Origin: a virus
DNA: 64,000 nucleotides
Direction: 5' to 3' (one strand)
Virus record (IMG/VR): IMGVR_UViG_3300013286_000725
Location: 1-64,000 of that record
Positions within the stretch are counted from its first letter, which is position 1, and every line of letters starts with the position of its first letter. Both the position numbers and the translations under genes were made by a program. Below the pieces are notes generated by a model that was not told where the DNA came from, did no database searches, and worked only from the letters and a program-made list of their open reading frames with translations. Positions 49,260-57,444 of the stretch are shown here, one piece after another.

Positions 49260-49756
49260 AACAGATCTACTACTCTTGGTCACAAGTAGAAGGTGCCTGT
49301 TTAGATATTGCTAGACAAATGTCAATGCACAACTGGCAACCGGACTACATTGTAGGTATTGGGCGTGGTGGGCTAATACCAGCTAATTTATTGAGTCAGT
49401 ACACTGGCATCAAGATGAACAGTTTGGATGTCAGTCTTAGAGACGGAGGCGACACAGTTAGCAATTGCGGTATGGCTGAAGATGCATTTGAAGGTAAACG
49501 GATTCTTGTTGTAGATGACATCAACGATCAAGGATCCACAGTTAACTGGATCAAGAATGATTGGCAATCCCTTGCATTTTCCAATGACTCTAAATGGGAA
49601 ACAATTTGGGGAGATAGTGTTAGGTTTGCAGTACTAACACACAATCAATCGAGTGAGTTTAAAGACCCAGACTACTATGCGTGGACTGTGAACAAAGCTG
49701 AACAAGATTGTTGGCTAGTTTATCCTTGGGAAGAGTTTTGGAAAAATGACAACTGA
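49256..49756 (+). CDS. Type I phosphoribosyltransferase (purine PRTase-like)
   Basis: IVGIGRGGLIPA, PRPP loop ILVVDDINDQGST, WLVYPWE. Confidence 0.85.
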   Translation: MKQIYYSWSQVEGACLDIARQMSMHNWQPDYIVGIGRGGLIPANLLSQYTGIKMNSLDVSLRDGGDTVSNCGMAEDAFEGKRILVVDDINDQGSTVNWIKNDWQSLAFSNDSKWETIWGDSVRFAVLTHNQSSEFKDPDYYAWTVNKAEQDCWLVYPWEEFWKNDN

Positions 49757-50117
49757 TTTAGAAAAGGCATTAGATGAAAAACAAGCACCTTGGACAGAAA
49801 TTGAATACCGAACAAAAGAATTCTGGATCTTCAGAGATGCATATCCAGTTACCCAAGGGCATCTGTTATTTGTGCCTACCAATCTGCAAAGTAACAATCT
49901 CTGGGAGTGCTATAAAGCAGCCTACAAGTTTGGCTACGAAGGCGTTGCATCGGAAAAGTGGGATGCTTTTAACATCGGACAAAATGTTGGCGAGGCTGCT
50001 GGACAAACAGTGATATACCCCCATGTGCATATGATACCTCGAAGAAACGGTGATATGACCGATCCCAGCGGTGGTGTTAGACATGTTATTCCAGAGAAAG
50101 GAAACTACAAAAAATGA
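49746..50117 (+). CDS. HIT-family nucleotide hydrolase
   Basis: DAYPVTQGHLLFVP, NIGQNVGEAAGQTVIYPHVHMIPR. Confidence 0.85.
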   Translation: MTTDLEKALDEKQAPWTEIEYRTKEFWIFRDAYPVTQGHLLFVPTNLQSNNLWECYKAAYKFGYEGVASEKWDAFNIGQNVGEAAGQTVIYPHVHMIPRRNGDMTDPSGGVRHVIPEKGNYKK

Positions 50118-50290
50118 CATACGAAAATAGAGTTAAACATCTTGAAGAAGCTCATCATAGTCTTGATAAAAAGATCCGCGGAATAGAATCTACCGGAGTA
50201 TTTGATGACGAACAACTACACGAATTGAAAAAACAAAAATTGATACTTAAAGATCAAATTGAAGAATTGAAAAAGAAGCAACACGAATAA
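50114..50290 (+). CDS. Small coiled-coil protein (YdcH/DUF465-like); not in ORF track
   Basis: MTYENRVKHLEEAHHSLDKKI...LKKQKLILKDQI, 58 aa, ATGA overlap. Confidence 0.7.
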   Translation: MTYENRVKHLEEAHHSLDKKIRGIESTGVFDDEQLHELKKQKLILKDQIEELKKKQHE

Positions 50291-50305
50291 AATATTCAAT
50301 TGTGG

Positions 50306-50334
50306 TTGCAAAAATCTAAATAATACTGTATAAT
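50306..50334 (+). promoter_or_regulatory. Nested early and late promoter for folE
   Basis: TTGCAA-17-TATAAT with TAAATA (50317-50322) inside the spacer. Confidence 0.55.
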
Positions 50335-50374
50335 AACAAAAAGTCATCCACGACACTAACTCGGAGAACAACAA

Positions 50375-51199
50375 TTGACAAGAGAATTTACACCAGATCC
50401 AGTGTTCCATTCAGATACTGACAATAAATTTGTAGCAGACGAATACACGCCGTTAGGCAAAGAAGTCTATATTAAAGCAGGCGAAGATATGGGTGACAAA
50501 GGCTATCAAGAAGGGTATATGGGCGATAACATTCGCTTCAAGATGAAACGCGAAGGCAAGCGTTTTTGGGCTGGAGACAATATCAGCGAATATCTTAGCG
50601 GATTCGATAAAGAAATACTAATCAATGAAGCTGCACTGGCATTCGAAACAGTGTTAGATAGATTGCTGATTGACCGCGAAACAGATCCCAACAGCAAAGG
50701 TACAGCTCGCCGATTAGCCAAAATGTATTTCAACGAAGTAATGGCAGGAAGATATGAACCGGCACCAGATGCAACAGCGTTCCCAAATGATTCGGCAGAC
50801 CGATATGAAGGTATGCTGGTGGTTAGAAGCGAGCTACGAAGTATGTGCAGTCATCATCACCAACCTGTCACTGGTGTGGCTTATATTGGTATTATTGCTG
50901 CCGATAAACTTATTGGTTTATCTAAGTATACCCGTATCGCACAGTGGTGTGCAAGAAGAGGTACTCTCCAGGAGGAACTTTGTAATGACATTGCTAGGGA
51001 AATCCAAAAAGCAACTGGAGCAGAAAACTTAGGCGTATACATTCAAGCCACACATGGATGTTGTGAGAATCGTGGCATTATGGCACACTCTAGTTTGACA
51101 CAAACTACAGTGTTAAAAGGTGCGTTTAAAGACGACATGGGCACTAAGAAAGAGTTTATGGATAATATTAAAATGCAACAGGAGTTTGCCCCACGATGA
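50375..51199 (+). CDS. folE: GTP cyclohydrolase I
   Basis: SMCSHHHQP, GLSKYTR, LQEE, HGCCENRG; extended N-terminus; TTG start. Confidence 0.92.
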   Translation: MTREFTPDPVFHSDTDNKFVADEYTPLGKEVYIKAGEDMGDKGYQEGYMGDNIRFKMKREGKRFWAGDNISEYLSGFDKEILINEAALAFETVLDRLLIDRETDPNSKGTARRLAKMYFNEVMAGRYEPAPDATAFPNDSADRYEGMLVVRSELRSMCSHHHQPVTGVAYIGIIAADKLIGLSKYTRIAQWCARRGTLQEELCNDIAREIQKATGAENLGVYIQATHGCCENRGIMAHSSLTQTTVLKGAFKDDMGTKKEFMDNIKMQQEFAPR

Positions 51200-51309
51200 G
51201 ATATATTACTAACAAATTTGACAGTATTCGTTTGCCGGTTGAGTCCGGTTTATTAGAATGGTTGCAGGCGCAATATCCTGCATCAAAATATTATATTAAG
51301 GAGAACTAA
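51196..51309 (+). CDS. 37-aa small protein; not in ORF track
   Basis: MRYITNKFDSIRLPVESGLLEWLQAQYPASKYYIKEN; ATGA overlap, fills the intergenic gap. Confidence 0.5.
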   Translation: MRYITNKFDSIRLPVESGLLEWLQAQYPASKYYIKEN

Positions 51310-51310
51310 A

Positions 51311-52006
51311 ATGTTTGGCGCAAATTATATGAATAGCGGTATTTTAAGTTACCGTAGTGCTAGTGAGATTAATGAAGCAATGGGCCGTGTCTACGGTCAC
51401 ATGAGCCTAGCAGTTATTGTATCAATGTTAGTGAGTTATTTTGTGGGCACAAGTCCAGAGCTACTACAGTTCTTTTTTACAGGCGTTTTAAAGTGGATTG
51501 TGATTTTTGCTCCACTTGCGGCAATTTTTGGCATCAGCTATGTGCTAGGCAACGATCCGAGTAAACCAGTGGCCCGGTTATGCCTGCATGGTTTTGCGGC
51601 CTTGATGGGTTTGAGCTTTGCCACAATCTTTGCCATATTCACCATGGGGTCAATTGTGTCAGCATTTATGGGTGCGGCTATCTTGTTTGCGGTAATGAGT
51701 GGCTATGGCTACTTTACCAAACAGAGTCTTGACAGCCTTGGCAAGTTTATGTTTGTTGGTTTAATTGCAATTGTTATTGCCAGTATCGCTAATATTTTTA
51801 TCGGCTCAACTGTAATGCAAATGGTTATCAGTGCATTAGCGATTATCATCTTCCTAGGTCTAACGGCATACGATACACAAAAGATCCGCGAAGAACTTAG
51901 CGTAGGAACAAGCCCTGCGGTAGAAGTTCGGGGTGCATTAACTCTATATATGGACTTTATCAACTTGTTTATCAACTTATTACAACTGTTCGGAGATAGA
52001 AAATAA
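51311..52006 (+). CDS. Bax inhibitor-1/YccA family membrane protein
   Basis: About 7 TM helices; AYDTQKI, ALTLYMDFINLF. Confidence 0.9.
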   Translation: MFGANYMNSGILSYRSASEINEAMGRVYGHMSLAVIVSMLVSYFVGTSPELLQFFFTGVLKWIVIFAPLAAIFGISYVLGNDPSKPVARLCLHGFAALMGLSFATIFAIFTMGSIVSAFMGAAILFAVMSGYGYFTKQSLDSLGKFMFVGLIAIVIASIANIFIGSTVMQMVISALAIIIFLGLTAYDTQKIREELSVGTSPAVEVRGALTLYMDFINLFINLLQLFGDRK

Positions 52007-52008
52007 TC

Positions 52009-52227
52009 ATGACCACTGCCAAAGAGATGACTGATAATTTGATTTACCGTGCAAAGAACATACAAGAGTTTGTGGTCAACCGATCGATGCCAGATATCCC
52101 AACAGGGCTAGTCAAATTCAGTTTTCAACACACAGCTGGTGAAAAGTATGCTCGTATTTTTGTTCCAGCATTGACTCAAGAAGAGGCGGAATCAATGGTT
52201 GACCAATGGTTCCGGGAGAATGTATAA
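52009..52227 (+). CDS. Hypothetical protein
   Basis: 72-aa ORF in operon. Confidence 0.5.
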   Translation: MTTAKEMTDNLIYRAKNIQEFVVNRSMPDIPTGLVKFSFQHTAGEKYARIFVPALTQEEAESMVDQWFRENV

Positions 52228-52228
52228 T

Positions 52229-52519
52229 ATGAAATGGTTTAAAAAACTAGTTGCCGGTTGGGCAAGAGAAGGTAGAAATTATGAAGAAGATTGCGTACAG
52301 TCTAACAGATTGATCAGTACTGCTGAATGTGCCTCAATCAATGATGACCCTGTACTAAACTTTAAAGTCTACTCAGCAGTGGGTGGCAAGGTTGTAGAGT
52401 TTAAACGCTATGATCGCAAAAGTGATCGAAGCGATTCGACTACCTACATTATTACTAATGATCAAGACTTCGGTGATCGAATTGCTAAGATTGCAACAAT
52501 GGAACAAATTAAATTATGA
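52229..52519 (+). CDS. Hypothetical protein
   Basis: Probable start MKWFKK at 52229. Confidence 0.55.
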   Translation: MKWFKKLVAGWAREGRNYEEDCVQSNRLISTAECASINDDPVLNFKVYSAVGGKVVEFKRYDRKSDRSDSTTYIITNDQDFGDRIAKIATMEQIKL

Positions 52520-53382
52520 GTAAGATTAAGATAGCAGAATTATTTTATAGTATACAAGGCGAAGGACGCTACATGGGAGTGCCCAGTGTGTTCCTTAGAA
52601 CTTTCGGCTGTAATTTCCGCTGTGCAGGTTTCGGCATGAGTCGAGGCATGTTTAGCGAGGAAGCTGATGAGATTGCCAGTGTTGCTCATATGTTTGAAAA
52701 ATACGAAAACTTGCCACTAGTCAGCACAGGCTGTGACAGCTATGCCAGCTGGCATCCCAGTTTTAAAGAACTAAGTCCAATGCTCACTAGTGACGCTATT
52801 GCAGATCGTATCTGCGAAATTATTCCACACAACGAATGGCGTGATGAACATCTTGTTATTACAGGTGGCGAACCCTTGTTGGGTTGGCAACGGGCATATC
52901 CAGACTTGTTGAGTCATCCTAAAATGCAAGGTCTTAAAGAAATTACATTTGAAACTAACGGTACTCAAAAACTAACTTCAGAGTTTAAAACATATCTGGC
53001 AAATTGGATTGACGGAGATGCTAATGGGCATTTACGAAATGGCAACAGTCTCACATTCAGTGTAAGTGCCAAACTTCCAGCAAGTGGAGAAAAGTGGGAG
53101 GATGCTATTTGTCCGGAAATTGTTTGTGAATATGAACAAGTTGGTACAGCATATTTAAAGTTTGTTGTAGCAACAGAGCAGGACATTGCTGATGCCGAAT
53201 GTGCAGCAGGCGCTTATCGTGCGGCAGGATTTACTGGACACATTTATCTAATGCCAGTAGGCGGTGTGGAAAGTGTTTATACCTTAAATGCAAAGAATGT
53301 AGCTCTAGCGGCAATGAAGCGTGGCTGGAGATATAGTGATAGACTACAAGTGCCACTATTTAAAAATGAGTGGGGTACTTGA
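52516..53382 (+). CDS. queE: 7-carboxy-7-deazaguanine synthase (radical SAM)
   Basis: ELFYSIQGEG, FLRTFGCNFRC...GCDS, ITGGEP, ETNG, RLQV. Confidence 0.88.
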   Translation: MSKIKIAELFYSIQGEGRYMGVPSVFLRTFGCNFRCAGFGMSRGMFSEEADEIASVAHMFEKYENLPLVSTGCDSYASWHPSFKELSPMLTSDAIADRICEIIPHNEWRDEHLVITGGEPLLGWQRAYPDLLSHPKMQGLKEITFETNGTQKLTSEFKTYLANWIDGDANGHLRNGNSLTFSVSAKLPASGEKWEDAICPEIVCEYEQVGTAYLKFVVATEQDIADAECAAGAYRAAGFTGHIYLMPVGGVESVYTLNAKNVALAAMKRGWRYSDRLQVPLFKNEWGT

Positions 53383-53792
53383 TGAAACAAATAATTAAAA
53401 AACTATTTGGCATTGACAAAATTGAAAAAGAAAAAGAACAAGTCATTGCCAGATTAGAAGAAGCCAAACAGGCAGAAACAACTGCCAAAATGACTCCAAA
53501 GGAACTGGCCACCGCCAAAGGTGAGCCGTGGGTAGCAGTTCTTGATACGCATGTTAACAAAGAGAATGTTAGAAATGGCTTTTTTGAACTTGACTGGAAT
53601 GACCTATTTGTAGTACAATTGAAGCAAGCAGGATATGGATTTGATGGTGATCCAGACGAAGAGATTGTGGATCGTTGGTTCAGAGACCTCGCCCGTAATA
53701 TGCTTACCGAAGAAGGGCTTGATCCTACTAGACGAGGAGCAGGTTTTATTAATGTAATTCCAATTGACAAAAACAAAAGCGAAGTTTCATGA
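53382..53792 (+). CDS. Hypothetical protein
   Basis: EPWVAV...GFFELDWN; coupled ORF. Confidence 0.6.
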   Translation: MKQIIKKLFGIDKIEKEKEQVIARLEEAKQAETTAKMTPKELATAKGEPWVAVLDTHVNKENVRNGFFELDWNDLFVVQLKQAGYGFDGDPDEEIVDRWFRDLARNMLTEEGLDPTRRGAGFINVIPIDKNKSEVS

Positions 53793-54775
53793 CATATATT
53801 TTAGTTGATACTGCTAATACATTTTTTCGTGCTCGACATGTTATTCGCGGTGACGCGGATATTAAATTAGGCATGGCCTTGCATATTACCTTTAACAGTA
53901 TCAAGAAAGCATGGCAAGACTTTGATGGTCGCCATGTGGTGTTTTGTCTCGAGGGGCGTAGCTGGCGTAAGGATTTCTATGCTCCGTACAAACGCAATCG
54001 ACAAGAAACTCGTGCGGCTATGAGTGCCAAAGAACAAGAAGAAGACAAATTGTTTTGGGAAACATTTGATAAATTTAAAGAGTTTATCTCTGATAAATCT
54101 AACTGCACAGTACTACAAAATCCTCGACTAGAAGCAGATGATTTGATTGCTGGCTTTGTTCAAAGTCATCCCGATGACGATCATGTGATTATTTCGACAG
54201 ACGGAGATTTTGCACAATTGATTGCTCCAAATGTTCGACAGTACAACGGTGTAGCAGATACTACACTTACACACGAAGGCTTGTTTGACAAGAAAGGCAA
54301 AAGTGTAATTGACAAGAAAACTAAAGAGCCAGTTAAAGCACAAGACCCAGAATGGATGCTGTTCGAAAAATGTATGCGTGGCGATACCAGTGACAATGTG
54401 TTCTCGGCCTATCCAGGTGTGCGTACCAAAGGTACAAAAAACAAAGTTGGTCTTACCGAAGCGTTTGAGGATCGTAAGAGCAAAGGCTATGCGTGGAACA
54501 ATCTCATGCTGCAGAGATGGGTTGATCACAATAAAGTAGAACACCGCGTTATGGACGACTATGCTCGAAATATCACACTGTGTGATTTGACTGCACAACC
54601 TGCTGATATTAGAGAAATAATTAACACTACTATTGCTACAGAATTAGCAAAAGAAAAGAATGTCACTCAAGTTGGCATTAGACTGTTGAAATTTTGTCAA
54701 CTTTACGATATGAAAAAGATCATGGATACTATCCAATTGTATGCAGAACCATTCCAAGCGAGATACCATAAATGA
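53789..54775 (+). CDS. rnh: T4 RNase H-like 5'-3' exonuclease (FEN family)
   Basis: ILVDTAN, WRKDFY..YKRNR, EADD, STDGDF, GDTSDNV. Confidence 0.88.
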   Translation: MTYILVDTANTFFRARHVIRGDADIKLGMALHITFNSIKKAWQDFDGRHVVFCLEGRSWRKDFYAPYKRNRQETRAAMSAKEQEEDKLFWETFDKFKEFISDKSNCTVLQNPRLEADDLIAGFVQSHPDDDHVIISTDGDFAQLIAPNVRQYNGVADTTLTHEGLFDKKGKSVIDKKTKEPVKAQDPEWMLFEKCMRGDTSDNVFSAYPGVRTKGTKNKVGLTEAFEDRKSKGYAWNNLMLQRWVDHNKVEHRVMDDYARNITLCDLTAQPADIREIINTTIATELAKEKNVTQVGIRLLKFCQLYDMKKIMDTIQLYAEPFQARYHK

Positions 54776-55248
54776 ATTTAAAAGCTAAACCCATTGTCGA
54801 CGGCAAATTCTGGATCGTTGAAAACGACGGAGAAAGAGTTGCCACGCTACATAAAAAAGAAAACAACAAGTTTATGTTAAGCAGTAAAGAAGGCGAAGCA
54901 TATTTTAACAAAAAAGATGACTTGGTTAAACAATTTGGTATTGACTTTTTCCAAGTCAGTTCAAAAACCAAAGTATCAGATATTGAAGATCGTGATGTCT
55001 ACGGCTTCCCTACCAGTTGTAAACCCTACAATCCCTTGTACAATGTACAGAGAAAACTTCCCCTGTTTACCAAAAGCAATGCCAGTAAAAGTCTCTATTG
55101 CGCTGGATACTATACTGTTAAATTTGACAAGGGTTGGGTCAAAAGTTTCTGTCCTAAACTGATCACTGTTGAGAGATATCCATATAAAGGCCCTTTTAAA
55201 AGCGACCTAGAAATGAAACAGGTGTTGTCTAATGCAAAATCCAATTAA
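54772..55248 (+). CDS. Hypothetical protein
   Basis: 158-aa coupled ORF. Confidence 0.6.
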   Translation: MNLKAKPIVDGKFWIVENDGERVATLHKKENNKFMLSSKEGEAYFNKKDDLVKQFGIDFFQVSSKTKVSDIEDRDVYGFPTSCKPYNPLYNVQRKLPLFTKSNASKSLYCAGYYTVKFDKGWVKSFCPKLITVERYPYKGPFKSDLEMKQVLSNAKSN

Positions 55249-55474
55249 TACTGTACCCATTCAGCAGTTTATACAGCAGGTAAAGGCCGCTGATCTAAGT
55301 CAACAACGAGAAATTAAACTGGACATTAAAACTGCCAAACTGCTGGCACTTACTCTAGGCGAAATTTCAGCAAAACTGTTGGAAGATTACGATATCATAC
55401 TGCGCAAATTAGAACAAAATGCAGGCGGAACTGTGTCTGTGCAAATGGACGGTGGTGGGTTTTTGAACAATTAA
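55232..55474 (+). CDS. Hypothetical protein
   Basis: 80-aa ORF ending VQMDGGGF. Confidence 0.55.
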   Translation: MQNPINTVPIQQFIQQVKAADLSQQREIKLDIKTAKLLALTLGEISAKLLEDYDIILRKLEQNAGGTVSVQMDGGGFLNN

Positions 55475-55510
55475 GTGATAAATATATGCGTAGTTAACAG
55501 GACGCATATC

Positions 55511-55795
55511 ATGTCAAGACCAAAACCAAAAGTTTTATTAGAGCATATTAATAAAAAAACCTATAAGAGCGAGCAGATACTCGAGGCTGAAGCTATTTGG
55601 GCAGTGTTCTATAAAAATTTGCCTTTCAACTTGAAAAGTGCAAACAGTCTTACCAGCTACCCGGGTCCTAAATACAAGAAAACTAGTTTTTCAAATCCAG
55701 GACATGCGATCAACCTAGCTAAAAAGTTAAACACAATGTTCAATTGTGCAGACTTCCAGGTGGTCACATTGACTTCCGGTGCAGTATTGAAATGA
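55511..55795 (+). CDS. Hypothetical late protein
   Basis: MSRPKPKVLL start after TAAATA (55479) and AGGA. Confidence 0.6.
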   Translation: MSRPKPKVLLEHINKKTYKSEQILEAEAIWAVFYKNLPFNLKSANSLTSYPGPKYKKTSFSNPGHAINLAKKLNTMFNCADFQVVTLTSGAVLK

Positions 55796-56190
55796 TTTCA
55801 AAAGAAACATACACTAAAATATTTCTTGAACAAAAACAAAGAAGTACAGACAGTGCCAATGTAAAATTACATCTATTCAAATGGTGGCAAAGCCACAGAT
55901 CAAAGGACAGTGGTGGTCTACGCCTTAGTGACGAAGGCTACACTTATTTGGTAAATGATTTGGAACTTAAAGAATACGAAATCCCATTTACCGAGCCAAT
56001 TGATCTAAGTCCTCAAACAATCATCTTTTTTGATCGCACAATGGACAGTCCATATTATTTGACTAACCAAAGTATTACCGTATTTTCGGAGAAAAAGCAT
56101 TTTGAGCTTTGCTTGTTTTCGGACGATATCCGTAGATACGGACTGGTCAAAGCAATAAACAAACAAAACAACGAAGCTCAAACGGACTAA
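55792..56190 (+). CDS. Hypothetical protein
   Basis: ATGA overlap; GGLRLSDEG. Confidence 0.6.
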   Translation: MISKETYTKIFLEQKQRSTDSANVKLHLFKWWQSHRSKDSGGLRLSDEGYTYLVNDLELKEYEIPFTEPIDLSPQTIIFFDRTMDSPYYLTNQSITVFSEKKHFELCLFSDDIRRYGLVKAINKQNNEAQTD

Positions 56191-56206
56191 AAAAGTTAAA
56201 AACCTG

Positions 56207-56235
56207 TTGACGAGGTAGCTGTTAGGCAGTATAAT
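56207..56235 (+). promoter_or_regulatory. Strong sigma70 (early) promoter
   Basis: A-rich UP element, TTGACG-17-TATAAT. Confidence 0.75.
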
Positions 56236-56282
56236 AGAACATAGACAGTTAATTCTTAACGCTTTTTTAACCAGGAGTAAAT

Positions 56283-57374
56283 ATGAGCGAGATCGTAAGT
56301 CGTACAGTAGGTCCCAAAAGTGCCAAAAAATCACTTCGCCGGGCGTTTAAAGCTAATCGTCCAGTGTTCCTTTGGGGCCCTCCTGGAATTGGCAAGTCTG
56401 ATATTGTTAAGCAAATGGGTGTAGAGCTTGATGCTCATGTGATTGATATCCGTTTGAGCTTGTGGGAGCCCACCGATATCAAAGGTATTCCCTACTTTGA
56501 CAGCAATGTCAAAGCAATGGTTTGGGCTCCTCCTATTGAGTTGCCAGATGCTGCATTGGCCGCTAAACACAAAAAAATCATCCTGTTTATGGATGAAATG
56601 AACAGTGCGGCTCCTAGTGTGCAGGCCGCGGCTTATCAGTTGGTCTTGAATCGTCGTGTTGGTACTTACAAGTTGCCGGACAATGTGCTGATTGTTGCCG
56701 CAGGTAACCGTGAAACTGACAAGGGTGTAACTTATCGTATGCCTGCTCCGTTGGCAAACCGCTTTGTTCACTTGGAAATGACAGTTGATTGGGAAGACTA
56801 CTTTGGTTGGGCTACTGACAACAAGATCCACAAGGATGTTGTAGGCTTTTTGACCTTCAGTAAAAAGGACTTATACGACTTTGATCCTAAGAGCTCAAGC
56901 CGTGCGTTTGCTACTCCACGCTCTTGGACCTTTGTTAGCGAACTCCTGTTTGATGACGATGAGGATACTGATACATTGACCGATTTGGTGTCGGGTGCGG
57001 TAGGTGAAGGTCTTGCTGTTAAGTTCATGGCACACCGTAAGATTGCCAGCAAGTTGCCGGATCCTACAGACATTTTGAATGGCAAAGTTAAGAAAATGGA
57101 CACTAAAGAAATCAGTGCCATGTACTCGCTGACTGTGTCATTGTGCTACGAATTGAAGGACTCCTCTGAAAAGAAGGCTAAAAATTGGAATGATCAAGTT
57201 AACAACTTCTTCCAATTCATGATGGACAATTTTGATACAGAATTGGTTGTTATGGGCACTAAACTTGCTCTTACCCAATATCAATTGCCATTGGATCCAG
57301 ACGAAATCAAATGTTTTGATGACTTCCATGCCAAATATGGTAAGTATATTGCGGCGGCAACAGAAAAGCGTTAA
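56283..57374 (+). CDS. MoxR-like AAA+ ATPase
   Basis: GPPGIGKS, LFMDEMN, AAGN, PLANRF, TPRSW. Confidence 0.85.
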   Translation: MSEIVSRTVGPKSAKKSLRRAFKANRPVFLWGPPGIGKSDIVKQMGVELDAHVIDIRLSLWEPTDIKGIPYFDSNVKAMVWAPPIELPDAALAAKHKKIILFMDEMNSAAPSVQAAAYQLVLNRRVGTYKLPDNVLIVAAGNRETDKGVTYRMPAPLANRFVHLEMTVDWEDYFGWATDNKIHKDVVGFLTFSKKDLYDFDPKSSSRAFATPRSWTFVSELLFDDDEDTDTLTDLVSGAVGEGLAVKFMAHRKIASKLPDPTDILNGKVKKMDTKEISAMYSLTVSLCYELKDSSEKKAKNWNDQVNNFFQFMMDNFDTELVVMGTKLALTQYQLPLDPDEIKCFDDFHAKYGKYIAAATEKR

Positions 57375-57389
57375 GCTAACCAAAACCAA

Positions 57390-57418
57390 TTGACACCTCC
57401 TTCGGGAGGTGTTATAAT
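57390..57418 (+). promoter_or_regulatory. Perfect sigma70 promoter whose spacer is a cUUCGg hairpin
   Basis: TTGACA-cctccttcgggaggtgt-TATAAT; stem acacctcc/ggaggtgt. Confidence 0.8.
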
Positions 57419-57444
57419 ATATACTATAGCAAAAAGGAGCAATC

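Noticed and set aside
49746-50117. HIT pseudogene because the first triad His is Tyr (YPHVH)
   Set aside because: The catalytic middle His and third His are retained and the ORF is intact
50335-50375. preQ1 riboswitch upstream of folE
   Set aside because: Only a 3-bp hairpin (gtc/gac); does not fit preQ1 class consensus features
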